Of a DNA stretch of 42,617 nucleotides, positions 23,617 to 36,316 are shown piece after piece. Every line of letters begins with the position of its first letter. The stretch's first letter is position 1. Below the pieces are notes generated by a model, which was given only the letters and a program-made list of their open reading frames with translations, was not told the DNA's origin and made no database searches. The DNA is taken from positions 1 through 42,617 of the forward strand of contig NW_021835098.1 in the NCBI RefSeq assembly GCF_006345805.1. The letters are read 5' to 3'. Origin of the DNA: Octopus sinensis. Its lineage: Eukaryota. The position numbers and the translations under genes were made by a program.

Positions 23617-25298
23617 TAGTTTTATTTTTATAGTGTGCTTTCAATTCACTACCGAGCGCAGCTCTGTGTTCCTTGGGTATGTGCTGTGATTCGTTGTGAT
23701 GCTCTGATGGTTACTGTATTGAGAGTGTTTTGCGTAGGATCTGGGCAGTGCCTAGTAGTGCAATTTTCGGTGTTATATGTTTGTAAGTCCTGGTGTTTTT
23801 GTTATGTATTTGTCTGAATATTTTTTTATCATGCCTAATGCACCTACTATGATAGGAATTGTTTCTGTTTTTCGATTCCACATGCTAGTTACCTCTATTT
23901 CCAGGTCTTTGTATTTTGAAAGTTTCTCCATTTCTTTTAGAGACACGTTGTCATCTGCCGGTATTGATACATCAATTAGAAAGCATTTTTTTTTCTTCAT
24001 GATCTCTGACAACTATATCTGGTCTGTTGGCCTTAATTTCTCTATCTGTGTGTATTGGCATATCCCAGAGTATGGTTGCTTTCTCGTTTTCTGTGACCTT
24101 TTCTGGTGTGTGCCTATACCATCTTTTTTCTGTTGTTATTCCATAATGTTGGCATAGCTTCCAGTTTATGAAGGTCCCAACTCTGTCGTGTCTGTGAATA
24201 TATTCCTTCTTAGCCAGGACTGGGCAGCCAGAGATAATACGATTTATTATTTCTTGTCCATCTCCACATATTCTGCAGTCACTTGTTATATTTCTTTTCA
24301 TTATATGTTTTTGGTAATTTCTGGTGGGGAGGCTTCGGTCTTGTGCTGCAATTAAGAATCCCTCGGTCTCTGCTTTGAGTCCTGAGCTTCTCAACCATTG
24401 CTGGGATTTTTCTTTGTCTATTTCTTTTGCATTTAGTTTAGTCCAGTATTTACCATGAAGGGGCTTTTCTTGCCATCGTTTTATCATGGTCCGCTGCTGT
24501 TCTAGTTTTAGTTTGGATTTCATTTGGTTTATAGCTTTTGTTGTTTCTTCATCTTCTTCTTCTTCATATTTGTTAGGTGGTATGATTTCTTGCTTGTATT
24601 TGTCAGCTTCCTTAAATATTGAGAACAGTTTTTTGTTTTGCTCATGTTTAGTCGCTATTTGTATTAGTTTTCCTCGCTTCTGAAGTAGATATTTTTGCAG
24701 TCCTATGGTGGTTATTTTATAATAGTTTTCCAGCTGTATAAGGCCTCTACCACCTTCTATACGTTGTATATATAGCCTTTCTATGTCAGATTTTGGGTGA
24801 TGCATCCTAGATCCTGTCATTATTTTTCTTGTTTTCCTATCTATTTTGGTTAGTTCATTTAGTGTCCAGTTAAGGATATTTACCTGTAACTTATAACTGG
24901 GACAGCTAAAGTGTTAATACCTATTACCTTGCTTTTAGTATTGAGCTCTGTCTTTAGTATTGATCTAACTCGTCTATAATATTCTTTCTTTATTTTCTCT
25001 TTCATTTGTGTATGTTGTGTCTTATCTAGTTCATGGATTCCTAAATATTTGTAAGTTTGGCTTTGGTCTAATTCTCTTATTTCATTGGTTTTTATCTAGT
25101 ATGATGTTGCTACTCTTAACTAGTTTTCCTCTTTTCAGGGATACTTTGGCGCATTTTTCTCATCCAAATTTCATATCTATTTCTTTGGTAAATCCATGAA
25201 CTGTTTTTAGAAGTGTTTCCAGCTGTTTGTCATTTGTAGCGTACAATTTTAGACCATCCATATATAAAAGGTGGCTGATCGTTTTGCGGTAACATTTG
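23610..25298 (-). mobile_element. R4/Dong-type non-LTR retrotransposon, 5'-truncated in RT, 3' end in (TAA)n
   Basis: SHLLYMDGLKLYA (RT); HPKSDIERLY..R..GGRGL; ETEGFLIAAQD; CRIC..x..R(H)IISGC knuckle; NRPDIVV...LIDVSIP...EK..KY.DL (RLE); ends AAATAAAACTACTG(AAT)n. Confidence 0.88.
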
Positions 25299-25395
25299 TA
25301 TCCGCATCCAAATGTTACGGCAAAAAGGTCAGCCACCTTTTATATATGGATGACTTAAATATGTACGCTACAAATGATATTATTATTATTATTAT

Positions 25396-26608
25396 TATTC
25401 AGTAGTTTTATTTTTATAGCGTGCTTTCACTTCACTACCGAGCACAGCTCTGTGTGCCTTGGGTATGTGCTGTGATTTGTTGTGATGCTCTGATGGTTAT
25501 TGTATGGAAAGTGTTCTGCGTAGGATGTGTACAGTGCCTAGTAGTGCAATTTTCTGTATGTTATATGTGTTTGTAAGTCCTGGTGTTTTTGTTATGTATT
25601 TGTCTGATATTTTTTTATCATGCCTAATGCACCTACTATGATAGGAATTGTTTCTGTTTTCAGATTCCACATTCTAGTTACCTCTATTTCCAGGTCTTTG
25701 TATTTTGAGATTTCTCCATTTCTTTTAGAGACACGTGTTGTCATCAGCCGGTATTGATACATCAATTAGAAAGCATTTTTTTTTTCTTCATGATCTCTGA
25801 CAACTATATCTGGTCTGTTGGCCTTAATTTCTCTATGTGTGTATCGGCATATCCCAGAGTATGGTTGCTTTCTCGTTTTCTGTGACCTTTTCTGGTGTGT
25901 GCCTATACCATCTTTTTTCTGTTGTTATTCCATAATGTTGGCATAGCTTCAAATGTATGTAGGTTCCAACTCTGTCATGTCTGTGAATATATTCCTTCTT
26001 AGCCAAGACTGGGCAGCTAGAGATAATATGATGTATTGTTTCTTGTCCATCTCCACATATTCTGCAGTTACTTGTAATATTTCTTTTCATTACATGTTTT
26101 TGGTAATTTCTGGTGGGGAGGCTTTGGTCTTGTGCTGCAATTAAAAATCCCTCTGTTTCTGCTTTGAGTCCTGAGCTTCTCAACCATTGCTGGGATTTTT
26201 CTTTGTCTATTTCTTTTGCGTTTAGTTTAGTCCAGTATTTACCATGAAGGAGCTTTTCTTGCCATCGTTTTATCATGGTTCGTTGCTGTTCTATTTTTTA
26301 GTTTGGATTCATTTGTTTTATAGCTTTTGTTGTTTCTTCATCTTCTTGTTCTTCTTCGTGTTTATTAGGTGGTATGATTTCTTGTTTGTATTTGTCGCTT
26401 CCTTAAATACTGAGAACAGTTTTTGTTTTGCTCGTGTTTTGCCGCTATCTGGATCAGTTCCTTCCTTCTGAAGTAGATATTTTTGCAGTCCTATGTGGTT
26501 ATTTTATAGTAGTTTTCCAGCTGTATAAGCCTCTACCACCTTCTATACGTTGTATTTATAGTCTTTCTATGTCAGATTGTGGGTGATGCATCCTAGATCC
26601 TGTCATTT
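25396..26608 (-). mobile_element. Second tandem copy of the same R4/Dong family, flanked by (TAA)n on both sides
   Basis: ORF 25833..26276 nearly identical to 23972..24820; same 3' terminus; arrays at 25378-25398 and 26609-26885. Confidence 0.88.
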
Positions 26609-26615
26609 ATATATT

Positions 26616-26665
<50 letters not shown>

Positions 26666-26702
26666 AATTATTATTATTATTATTATTATCATCATATTAT
26701 TA

Positions 26703-26740
<38 letters not shown>

Positions 26741-26781
26741 TATTATTTTTATTATTAATGTTATTATTATTATTATTATTA

Positions 26782-26830
<49 letters not shown>

Positions 26831-26853
26831 CATTATTATTATTATCATCATCA

Positions 26854-26884
<31 letters not shown>

Positions 26885-26885
26885 T
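26609..26885. repeat. (TAT)n/(CAT)n array
   Basis: Direct reading. Confidence 0.95.
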
Positions 26886-27641
26886 ACTCTTACCTTTTAC
26901 TTGTTTTCAGTCATTAGACTGCCAGCCATACTGGGACACCGCCTTGAAAAGTTTTTTTACTCGAACACGAAACGACTCTAGTACATTTTTTAAGTCCGGC
27001 ACTTATTATATCGATCACTTTTGCCAAACCACTAATTACGGAGATGTAAACACACTAATCGGTTATATTATATATATATGTGTGTGTGTGTGCGTGTGTG
27101 TATGTGTGTATGTATATATACATATATTATATGTATAGATATATATACATATATATGTATGTATTAATATATAATATATATATATATATATATATAATAT
27201 ATATATATCTGAATACTTGAATCCATATAGTGTGACATCTAATATAATAATGAGCGAAGTGTTGTTTTATATATTTGTATGTATATGTGTGTGTGTGTAT
27301 ATGTGTGTGTCCCAAAATCACGCAGTAGGAGTGAATGGTGAAGGGAGAGGAGAGAAAATGGTAATTCAGGGAAGGAGAATTAGTGAGAGTAATAGTCATG
27401 ACCGAGAGGGAGTGAGAGAAAGTAATAGCAATGAGAGAGAAGAAGTAGCAAAAAGAGCGTCGTGTACCTTCTGCTAAAATAATCTACAGTAATAATACTC
27501 TTGTGTATTTCTCCGTAACAACATATGAATGAGAAAGGAAGGGGTAATACACCGATCGAAGTGGGATGGTAAAATGTCAACGGCGAAGCAAAAATCAAAC
27601 AGCGTTTCAACTCTGTGAATATATGTATGTATGTATTTATG

Positions 27642-27679
<38 letters not shown>

Positions 27680-27835
27680 CACGTCGGGCTTCTTTCTGTT
27701 TCCGTCTTTCAAATCCATTAACGAGACTTTGGTCGGCCTGAAGCTATAGTGCTATGGCAGAAGACACATTCTTGGGTTCAGTCCCGCTATCACGCAATGA
27801 GACTGAACTCGGTTGTGAACCAAATTTTTTATCAT
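26886..27835 (-). mobile_element. Bipartite SINE with expanded or interrupted internal microsatellite
   Basis: 3' half 26886-27064 (TTTTCAGTCATTAGACTGCC...GTAAACACAC); 5' half about 27678-27835 (CGGGCTTCTTTCTGTTTCCGTC...GAGACTGAAC); about 300 bp of unassigned sequence between the halves. Confidence 0.65.
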
Positions 27836-27865
27836 ACGTTCACGCCTGCATCCATAGCTAGACTG

Positions 27866-27982
<117 letters not shown>

Positions 27983-28572
27983 TTGCAGACGGATAGTTAC
28001 TTTAGATATTTTAGCAAAGATTCAGAAATAAGCGTAAACATAATGATAGTAATTCTTAAACATATGTGAGCATATATGCGTATTGTAATAAATTGTGCCT
28101 GGTTTTAGGAACAAAAATTGAGAATACTCAATATGGCGTATAGAGTGAACAGATTTATTATAATACGGCATATGCATAATGCTACTTTTCCACGGTGTTC
28201 AGTTTCAAGTTCTCTTTCTTATATGAAGATTTTTCTTTTGAATATTGTTATCATATACGTTAACTTCACATTCTTTTTCTTGCAAATAAATTCAAGATCT
28301 CAAATAATTATTTAAACAAGAAAACTTATATTTCCGAAAAATGCAGGCATATTAGATAGTATGAAACTCAATGGAGTGCCTAAAACGCTGCAGTTACTTA
28401 TTTTTGATATATAACTACATATTGACATCTCAAATTTTACACCTTCATTCACTATTGTTCCGATTCCGCTGAAATAAAGACATCACACTACAACACATAT
28501 AGTATTGACATATCTGATACATGCATACATTCATACACATTACCACATATGCATACATATATATAGGATATG

Positions 28573-28629
<57 letters not shown>

Positions 28630-29519
28630 TATATATATATTTATATTATTATATATATTATATTATAAATTATATATAATATATATGAAAAAGGTTTGAA
28701 AATGCAATTTAAACGATGTTTATTTATTAACCGGTTTCACTCTTTGGTAAAAGATTGTCAAAAGTAACATTGAATATTATGGGTTCAAAAAAAGTTTTTT
28801 ACATAATTGTCACATTGAATATTATGAATTCAAAAATGTTTTTTATACATAATTGTCACATTACATGTATAAATATAGTATAAAAAAGTTCAATAGTATG
28901 ATGAGAATATTGGAAAAATTGGCAGAAAAGAATAAAACAAAATATATTATTGGAAATTTGGTTGCGTTAATTATTGGTTGTCGCAAATTGTCACATTACA
29001 TGTATATATATACAGTCTTTGGTAGAAATGACATGTTAAAGACATAAGGAAGTGTAATAGTTTGGTGAGAAAGCTTGTAATATTGACAGAGAAAATTAAA
29101 ATGGATATTTTAGACATCTCAGAAAATATTTTGAATCGAAGGCGAGAATTTGTTTTTTACTGACCTGTTTGTTTTAGCAGAAAAGTTGGATTGAGAGAAA
29201 AAAAGATATGTACCCAATTTGGTTTATACTTCCCCTTCAAGCATCAGTGATTTTGGGGTATTGGAGGTGAGTATGCGGGTGTGAATAGATGTGTCCGTGT
29301 GCCTGCTGGTCAGACAGCGTCTGTTTGTCACACACATATATACAAACACACACAAAACAACAATACACACACACACATAGTATACACACACACACCACAT
29401 ACACACAACACACACACACAGAACACACACACACACAACGCACCCACATATATAATATATACACACAGCACACAAATATAACATGTATTTATATATAATA
29501 TACACACATATATAACACG

Positions 29520-29805
29520 TGCGCATCAAAAAATTTACTCTACGTCATAAGGTGTGAAGGATGCCACGAAGACTACATAGGCAAACGAGCCTTACCCTCA
29601 GAGAAAGAATGACAGTTCACCGACAACAACTGAGGGACCCCTCCACAAGACAGATACCACTAAGTGGACACTTAGACCTTTGTGCACACAATAAGTCCCC
29701 CAAATTCTTAGTCTCCCACTATACCAATGCTCGGACAACACCACAGACCAAACACGAATAAATAAGGAAAGTAATCTTATTCAAAAATACAGACCACAAC
29801 TAACA
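29520..29805 (+). pseudogene. Penelope-type GIY-YIG endonuclease remnant, 2 frameshifts
   Basis: CASKNLLYVIRCEGCHEDYIG (29520-29582) / QTSLTLRERMTVHRQQLRDPSTRQIPLSGHLDLC / PLYQC...TRINKESNLIQKYRPQL: GIY and YIG strands, conserved Arg, CCHH insertion, KE...P.L terminus. Confidence 0.85.
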
Positions 29806-31769
29806 TACTCTAACATACCCCCTGGGCACACATCCAGAGCAGGCACACAGGGGCACGCGCACACTCACAGCATATCGTGCGGGCGGGCACATGCGCGCAT
29901 CGGCACGCATAGGACACACTAGCGGGCATTGACCGCACACATACGTGGCACGCACACGCATGCATTTATATATGTAGGTTATGGGTATGTGTGTGGGTGT
30001 TGTGTGTTTGTGTGGTGTGAGTGTGCACGTTGTGTGTGTGCGCGTGTGTATATGTATGTGTGTGTGTGTGCGTGTGTGTATGTGTGTGTGTGTGCGCGCG
30101 TTGTGTGTGTGTGTGTGCACGTGTGTATATATGTGTGTGTGTGTGTGCACTGTGTGCGTGTGTGTGTGTATGTGTGTGTGTGTGTGTGCTGTGTGTGTAT
30201 ATGCATGGTATGTGTGTATATGTGAGTACATTGTTTGTGTGTGTGTGCGGTATGTAGAGATATATTTGAGTGTGTACGCTATAGGTTTGTATTTTGTGTG
30301 TGTGGGTGTGTGTGTGAATTTTTTATATATATATGTGTGTGTATGTGTGTGAAAAAATATATGTATGTGCATGTATGTATGTATGTATATGTATATATAT
30401 ATATATATGTGTATATATATATATATATGTGTGTGTGTATGTGTGTGTGTGTATATATATTTCATGTATATGTGTGTATAACATGTGCATTATTTGCATG
30501 CGCATTGTGTATATGTATATTGTATGGATGTGTACTGTATATGTATGTGTACAATTAAGTGTATATATGTGTGTATGTGTGCATTGTATATATGTATATT
30601 GTAAGTGTGCTATATATACATGAATACATGTATTACGTTGCGTGTATATATATGTATGCATTGTGTATGTATGTTATGTGTGTGTGTGTCTATATATATT
30701 ATATGTATGCGTACGTGTATGTGTATGGCATTGTATGTATGTATATTGTGTGTATATGTGGTATATCTATGTATGTGTATGTAAACACTATTTAATGTAT
30801 ATATGTATTATGTATATGCATTGTATATATAATATATTATGTATGTATTGCGTATGTATATTGCATGCATATATTGTGTATGGTATTATATACATGCTGT
30901 GTATGTGTATGTATGTGTATATATATGCTAGGTGTATTTGTGTGATATTTATATTATGTATATATGTGTGCGTGTGTGTGTGTGGTGTGTGTGTGTGTGG
31001 TGTGTTGTGGTGTATGTGTTATATATATGTGTGTATATTATATATAAATACATGTTATATTTGTGTGCTGTGTGTATATATTATATATGTGGGGCGTGTT
31101 GTGTGTGTGTTGTTCTGTGTGTGTGTGTTGTGTGTATGTGGTGTGTGTGTGTATACTATGTGTGTGTGTGTATTGTTGTTGTTGTGTGTGTGTGTATATG
31201 TGTGTGACAAACAGACGCTGTCTGACCAGCAGGCACACGGACACATCTATTCACACCCGCATACTCACCTCCCAATAACCCCAAAATCACTGATGCTTGA
31301 AGGGGAAGTATAAACCAAATGGGTACATATCTTTTTTCTCTCAATCCAACTTTTCTGCTAAACAAAAAGGGGTCAGTAAAAAACAAATTCTCGCCTTCGA
31401 TTCAAAATATTCTGAGATGTCTAAAATATCCATTTTAATTTTTCTCTGTCAATATTACAAGCTTTCTCACCAAACTATTACACTTCCTTATGTCTTAACA
31501 TGTCATTTCTACCAAAGACTGTATATATATACATGTAATGTGACAATTTGCGACAACCAATAATTAACGCAACCAAATTTCCAATAATATATTTGTTTTA
31601 TTCTTTTCTGCCAATTTTTCCAAATATTCTCATCATACTATTGAACTTTTTTATATATATATATTTATACATGTAATGTGACAATTATGTATAAAAAAAC
31701 ATTTTTGAATTCATATATTCAATGTGACAATTATGTAAAAAACTTTTTTTGAACCCATAATATTCAATG

Positions 31770-31813
31770 TTACTTTTGACAATTTTACCAAAGAGTGGAA
31801 ACCGGTTAAGTAA
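31770..31813 (+). ncRNA. Minimal hammerhead-like motif with U3-A8 core variant; mirror copy at about 28722-28767 (-)
   Basis: TTACTT-TTGACAA-TTTTACCAAAGAGTG-GAAAC-CG-GTT-AAGTAA; perfect 6-bp stem I, palindromic AACCGGTT, irregular stem II. Confidence 0.4.
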
Positions 31814-31924
31814 ATAAACATCGTTTAAATTGCATTTTCAAACCTTTTTTCATATATAATCCCACTCGTGCGATACCCCACAACTCAACTTTTTTATATA
31901 TATATATATATATATATACATATT

Positions 31925-32158
31925 ATAAGCAAGGAAAAATTGTAAAAAGCAGAATGCTAAATTGAAAGAAAATTTTAATGAAAATGGGTGTATGGAAAAG
32001 TTTTTGAAAAAATTGATAAAATATATACATATTAATTCAAACCGGTTTTCGTCATAAAATATATATATTTTATCAATTTCAAAAACTTTCCATACACCCA
32101 TTTTCATTAAAATTTTTTCAATTTAGCATTCTGCCTTTTTACAATTTTCCTTGCTTAT
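31925..32158. repeat. Small AT-rich foldback (arms 31925-32027 / 32062-32158)
   Basis: ATAAGCAAGGAAAAATTGTAAAAAGCAGAATGCTAAATTG pairs with CAATTTAGCATTCTGCCTTTTTACAATTTTCCTTGCTTAT. Confidence 0.88.
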
Positions 32159-32202
32159 CATTTCTCCACGTGCGGTCAACACAACCCCACCATTTATTGA
32201 TC

Positions 32203-32259
<57 letters not shown>

Positions 32260-32277
32260 ATATTACATATTATACAT

Positions 32278-35200
32278 AAATCCTTAAATCCTTAAAATGT
32301 TTTAGCCCGAAGGCCGCGGCCATGCTGGGGCACCACCGCTGAATGAGCTACACTAGTTTGTGAATCCACCTCTGATACGTGGCACTTGATCAACAAGGGA
32401 GTTCGATGCTGCTGCCCGCATCCGTGTCTCCTGTCGTGAGGTAGGTTCATCTGGGACTCCCAACAAGAAGAGATCCAGTTTAGTTTTAAAGAAACCCACA
32501 TCCACACCATGTAAGTCTCTCAGGCATTTAGGGAGGATGTTAAAGAGCTGTGGTCCTCTGAAACCCAAGCTGTTGCAGTATCTGAACCTGTATTTTGATG
32601 GTGATGTTGGAATCCTTGGCACCACGCAGCGGCGCCCCGTTCTGCGGTTGGAGTAACTTTGAATGCCAAAGTTTGGGACAAGACCCTCCAGGATTTTCCA
32701 GATGTATATCACTGCATATCTCTCCCGCCTCCGCTCCAGGGAGAAGAGGTTTAATACCTTCAGTCTTTCCCAGTAGCTGAACTTTTGCATTGAGACGATT
32801 TTCTTTGTGTAGCTTCTCTGAGTTGCTTCGAGTTCTGCTGTTTGTTTTATATTGTGTGGTGACCAAAGTTGGGAGCAGTAGTCCAAGCGGCTGAGGACAA
32901 ATGTTTTCCATAGGACTATCAGTGTCTCCTTCTCTCTTGTTCTGAAAGTTCGGAGAATCCATCCAGCTAGCCGTCTGCATTTTATCACCAGATTAGCAAT
33001 ATGCATTTGGAAAGATGCATCATTGCTCATGTCAATGCCCAGGTCACGCACTGATTTTGACTCAGGGATTGCAATTCTTCCTGGGCCAGTGTATCCAGTC
33101 TTCACGTCATTTACCTTTGTGTGCCAGTAGCGCAGGGCCTGGAACTTACCTGCATTAAACTGCATGTTGTTGTCCTCAGCCTACCTGTATATTGTGTCCA
33201 GCTCATGTTGCAGATGCGCAATATTTTCAGGGTTTTGTATTGCGTGGGAGACTTTTGTGTCATCTGCATAGCTAGCAAGGGTGGTCATCGTAGCAACTGA
33301 AGGCATGTCTGAAAGGGCCACTATGAACATCAGTGGCCCCAAGACAGTGCCCTGTGGGACACCGCTTGCTTGATTTGCGTTTCCCTGGAGGTGGCTCCAT
33401 TGCTCACAACTGCCTGTTTTCTGTCTTTTAGGAAGTTGTGCAGCCACTCTCCAAGTTTCCCGCCTATGCCGAGACCACGCAGTTTGTGACAGATCATACC
33501 ATGGTCGACTTTATCAAAGGCTTTTGCAAAGTCAAGATATATTACATCCACATTTGAGCCATTTAGTAGCTGTTTCAACACCCAGTCATAGTGTTGCAGG
33601 AGCTGTGTTAGGCAGCCTCTACCTGGTCGAAATCCATGCTGGGTGTCAGACAGTAAGTCATTTTCTTCAAGGAACATGATTAGTTTCTACGGACTATTCG
33701 TTCCATGACCTTGCTGATGGTGAGGTCAGAGATATAGGCCTATAATTTTTAGCATCTGCTCTGCTACCTCCCTTATGGATAGGGCATATTACCCCCTCTT
33801 TCAGTTTGACTGGGAGCTTACCACTTGCAAGAAAGCTCTGAAAAAGAAGTTGTAGCGGTTTTGCAAGGGCTCGTTTGCACGATTTGAGAAGGATCGCTGG
33901 GAATCCATCAGGTCCAGCAGCTGAGTTTGTGTCAATCTCATCAATGGCTAGTGTGATATCATCTTCTTCGATGTTGATGTACTCAATTTTTGTCTCTTTG
34001 GCGCTGGTAAAGTGGCAAAGAATTCTTCTGGGTTGTTTACTTGCCTGTGTCCTAGAGGTGTAGTGAACACACTTTGGAACTGTTCGTTCAATATTTCACT
34101 TATCCTCGTGGGATTTCCTGTGAGAGAGCATCTTTTTGGAAGAGAGGTCCTATTCTCTGGTGCACTGTGGCTGTCTCTTTGGCAAACTTAAAGAAAGCTT
34201 TAGGGTTTGATTTTATATTTTCTATTACCCAAGCTTCTTTATCTGCTCTCTCCTTTTCATGGGACTGATGTAGACTTTTCTCAGTTTCCATTAGCATTCT
34301 TTCGAGCCGAGACTTCTCACCACTTTTGGTGTGCTTGCTCAGGCGGTTTGCAATCCTTGTCCGTCGTTCATAAGAATCCTCCTTTCTCTAGGGATCCTGT
34401 TTTTGTTCTTGTGTGTGCTGGCCCTGCACATTGGGACATATTTGTCACATATGGCTTGTATTATGGACATGAAGTGTTTGTGTTTCATGTTTATGTCCGG
34501 TGTGGAGAGACATTCAGGCCAATCCTGTTTGAGGATCTCTTTCTCAATCGACTTCCAGTTGGCTTTATGAAAGTTTAAGTTGGAGAGATGGTGGGTGCTT
34601 CGTATAGGCTGTGTGTCTGCGGGGGCTTTTGTTCCATACATAGACAGCTCTATTATGTTGTGATCGAGATCATTGTCGGCATCATATTAACATTATGGAT
34701 AATATCCATATTGTTTGTGAAGCAGAGATCCAGTATATTATCTGCCCTTGTTGGTTGCAGAACTATTTGCTCCATGAAAGAGGCATTTGTGAGATGGAGC
34801 AGGGACTCCACCTGTGCCTGCTGATGGTGTGTCATCCCTGGGAGCATCTGCCCCCCAGGCCATTCCACATTGGGGAGGTTAAAGTCACCCATGAAGAATA
34901 CACTGTTGTGCTGTTCAAGGTTGGTGAGGACTTCTATTTTTGTTAGGCAGTCTTCAAACATGCCTGAGTGTTTTGGGGCATCTGGTGGGCGATATGTAGT
35001 GCATATGACGATATTCAGTTGTCTTATGTGTACAATTTGAGTTTCACATACTGAGTTTGAATATGACAGCAGGACCTGGGGCGTGAGGTCATCTCGGATG
35101 TACATTGCAACTCCACCATGGCTCCTCCCTTTTCTATCTGTGCGTATGACTGCATATTGCGGCATGTGTATTTCTGCATCACCTATATCGGGTTCAAGAT

Positions 35201-36130
35201 GCGTTTCTGTGAGTGCCATGCATATAGCTTGATTGCATGTCACAAGGTCTCTCAGGAATGAAATTTTCTTTTTACAGTTTCGCGCAGCAGCCCTCCTACA
35301 TTCAGTAGAAATATTTTGTGGTGTGTGTGTTGGTTGTCTGTGGTGGCCATCCTGCATCTGTTGGAGGTGGCCTTATGTGGTGGTAGTTCCAGCTTTGTGC
35401 TTGTAGCCAGGTCAGCTGCTGAACAATTTTTTGTGCCATGCACAAAAAAGACTGCTGTTCAGCTGCCGCCCTTCTCACATCTGGGTGAAGCTGGCCACCT
35501 GTTGGGTTTCCGCGCACCACATCTGCATACCGTCTTTCAGTAGTGGTCAGTGTGCGCTTTTTCCCTTCTTTTAACTTTTTGTTTTTGTTTTTGTTCTCCC
35601 TGAGGGAGGGACCTCTGTCTCGCGTCCGTGCGGTTTTGGTAGGGCCTCCGATGTGCAAAGCGACAGTTTGCACCTTCAACGCGCCGTACCAGCAGTCCCC
35701 CCTCAGGTAGAATTTGCAGGTGTTTCTTTTCTCTGCCCTTACAGTTTTTGCTGGGGTCCCCTCTGCTTCTCTGGACAGGGCTTCCTTTAGCCTTGATTCT
35801 GTCACCTTTACCCCCTGCTTCCCATCAATTCCAGGGTGCCTTTCCTTTCTTGCGGCCATCGCACCTCTTTGGTCTTCAACACAAACATGTATATATTATG
35901 TGTATATATATATATATTATAATAATAAGGGTTTTTTACAACAAGTTGCTTAAACCACATACCGAAAATATTAGAAATAGCAGCCAAAAGACTACTATTT
36001 CGTTTTACTACAAAAATAAGTCTCCACAGACAACAATATTCGTAACTCACATATGGCAAAAAAAAGAAAATAAAACAATGAAATCACACAGTCTTCGGAT
36101 TAATTATGGACGTACGTTTCTGGAATAGAA
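32278..36130 (-). mobile_element. Second CR1-group LINE family, near full length, frameshifted; 5' boundary approximate
   Basis: ORF1 35302..35859; APE (ALTETHL, RTDRKGRSHGGVAMY, YRPP, GDFNLP, PTRADNILDL); RT (QHGFRPGRGC, YLDFAKAFD, GVPQGTVLGPL, YADD); C-terminus SRLDYCSQLWSP, SLERRRER; octamer tail AAATCCTT x2 at 32278-32293. Confidence 0.9.
32353..35357 (-). pseudogene. LINE ORF2 (APE + RT), multiple frameshifts
   Basis: Tracked ORFs 34653..35357, 34339..34641, 34100..34297, 33330..33677, 33181..33447 and 32353..33165 in colinear order. Confidence 0.9.
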
Positions 36131-36262
36131 TCGTAAAGTTCATTTCCTTATCAACATAATATTTCCCATAAATCTAGAAATGCTAGGAAAACCTACCTTT
36201 TATATTTTCGACCAAGCGACATCGAAAGATATATATATATAAAGATATATATATATACATAA

Positions 36263-36316
<54 letters not shown>

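Larger units (their letters stand above)
28680..31858 (+). mobile_element. 5'-truncated Penelope-like element with an inverted copy of its 3' end (arms 28680-29518 / 31016-31858, about 840 bp)
   Basis: Arms are reverse complements (e.g. GTCAGACAGCGTCTGTTTGTCAC / GTGACAAACAGACGCTGTCTGAC); the spacer begins with GIY-YIG coding sequence. Confidence 0.85.
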
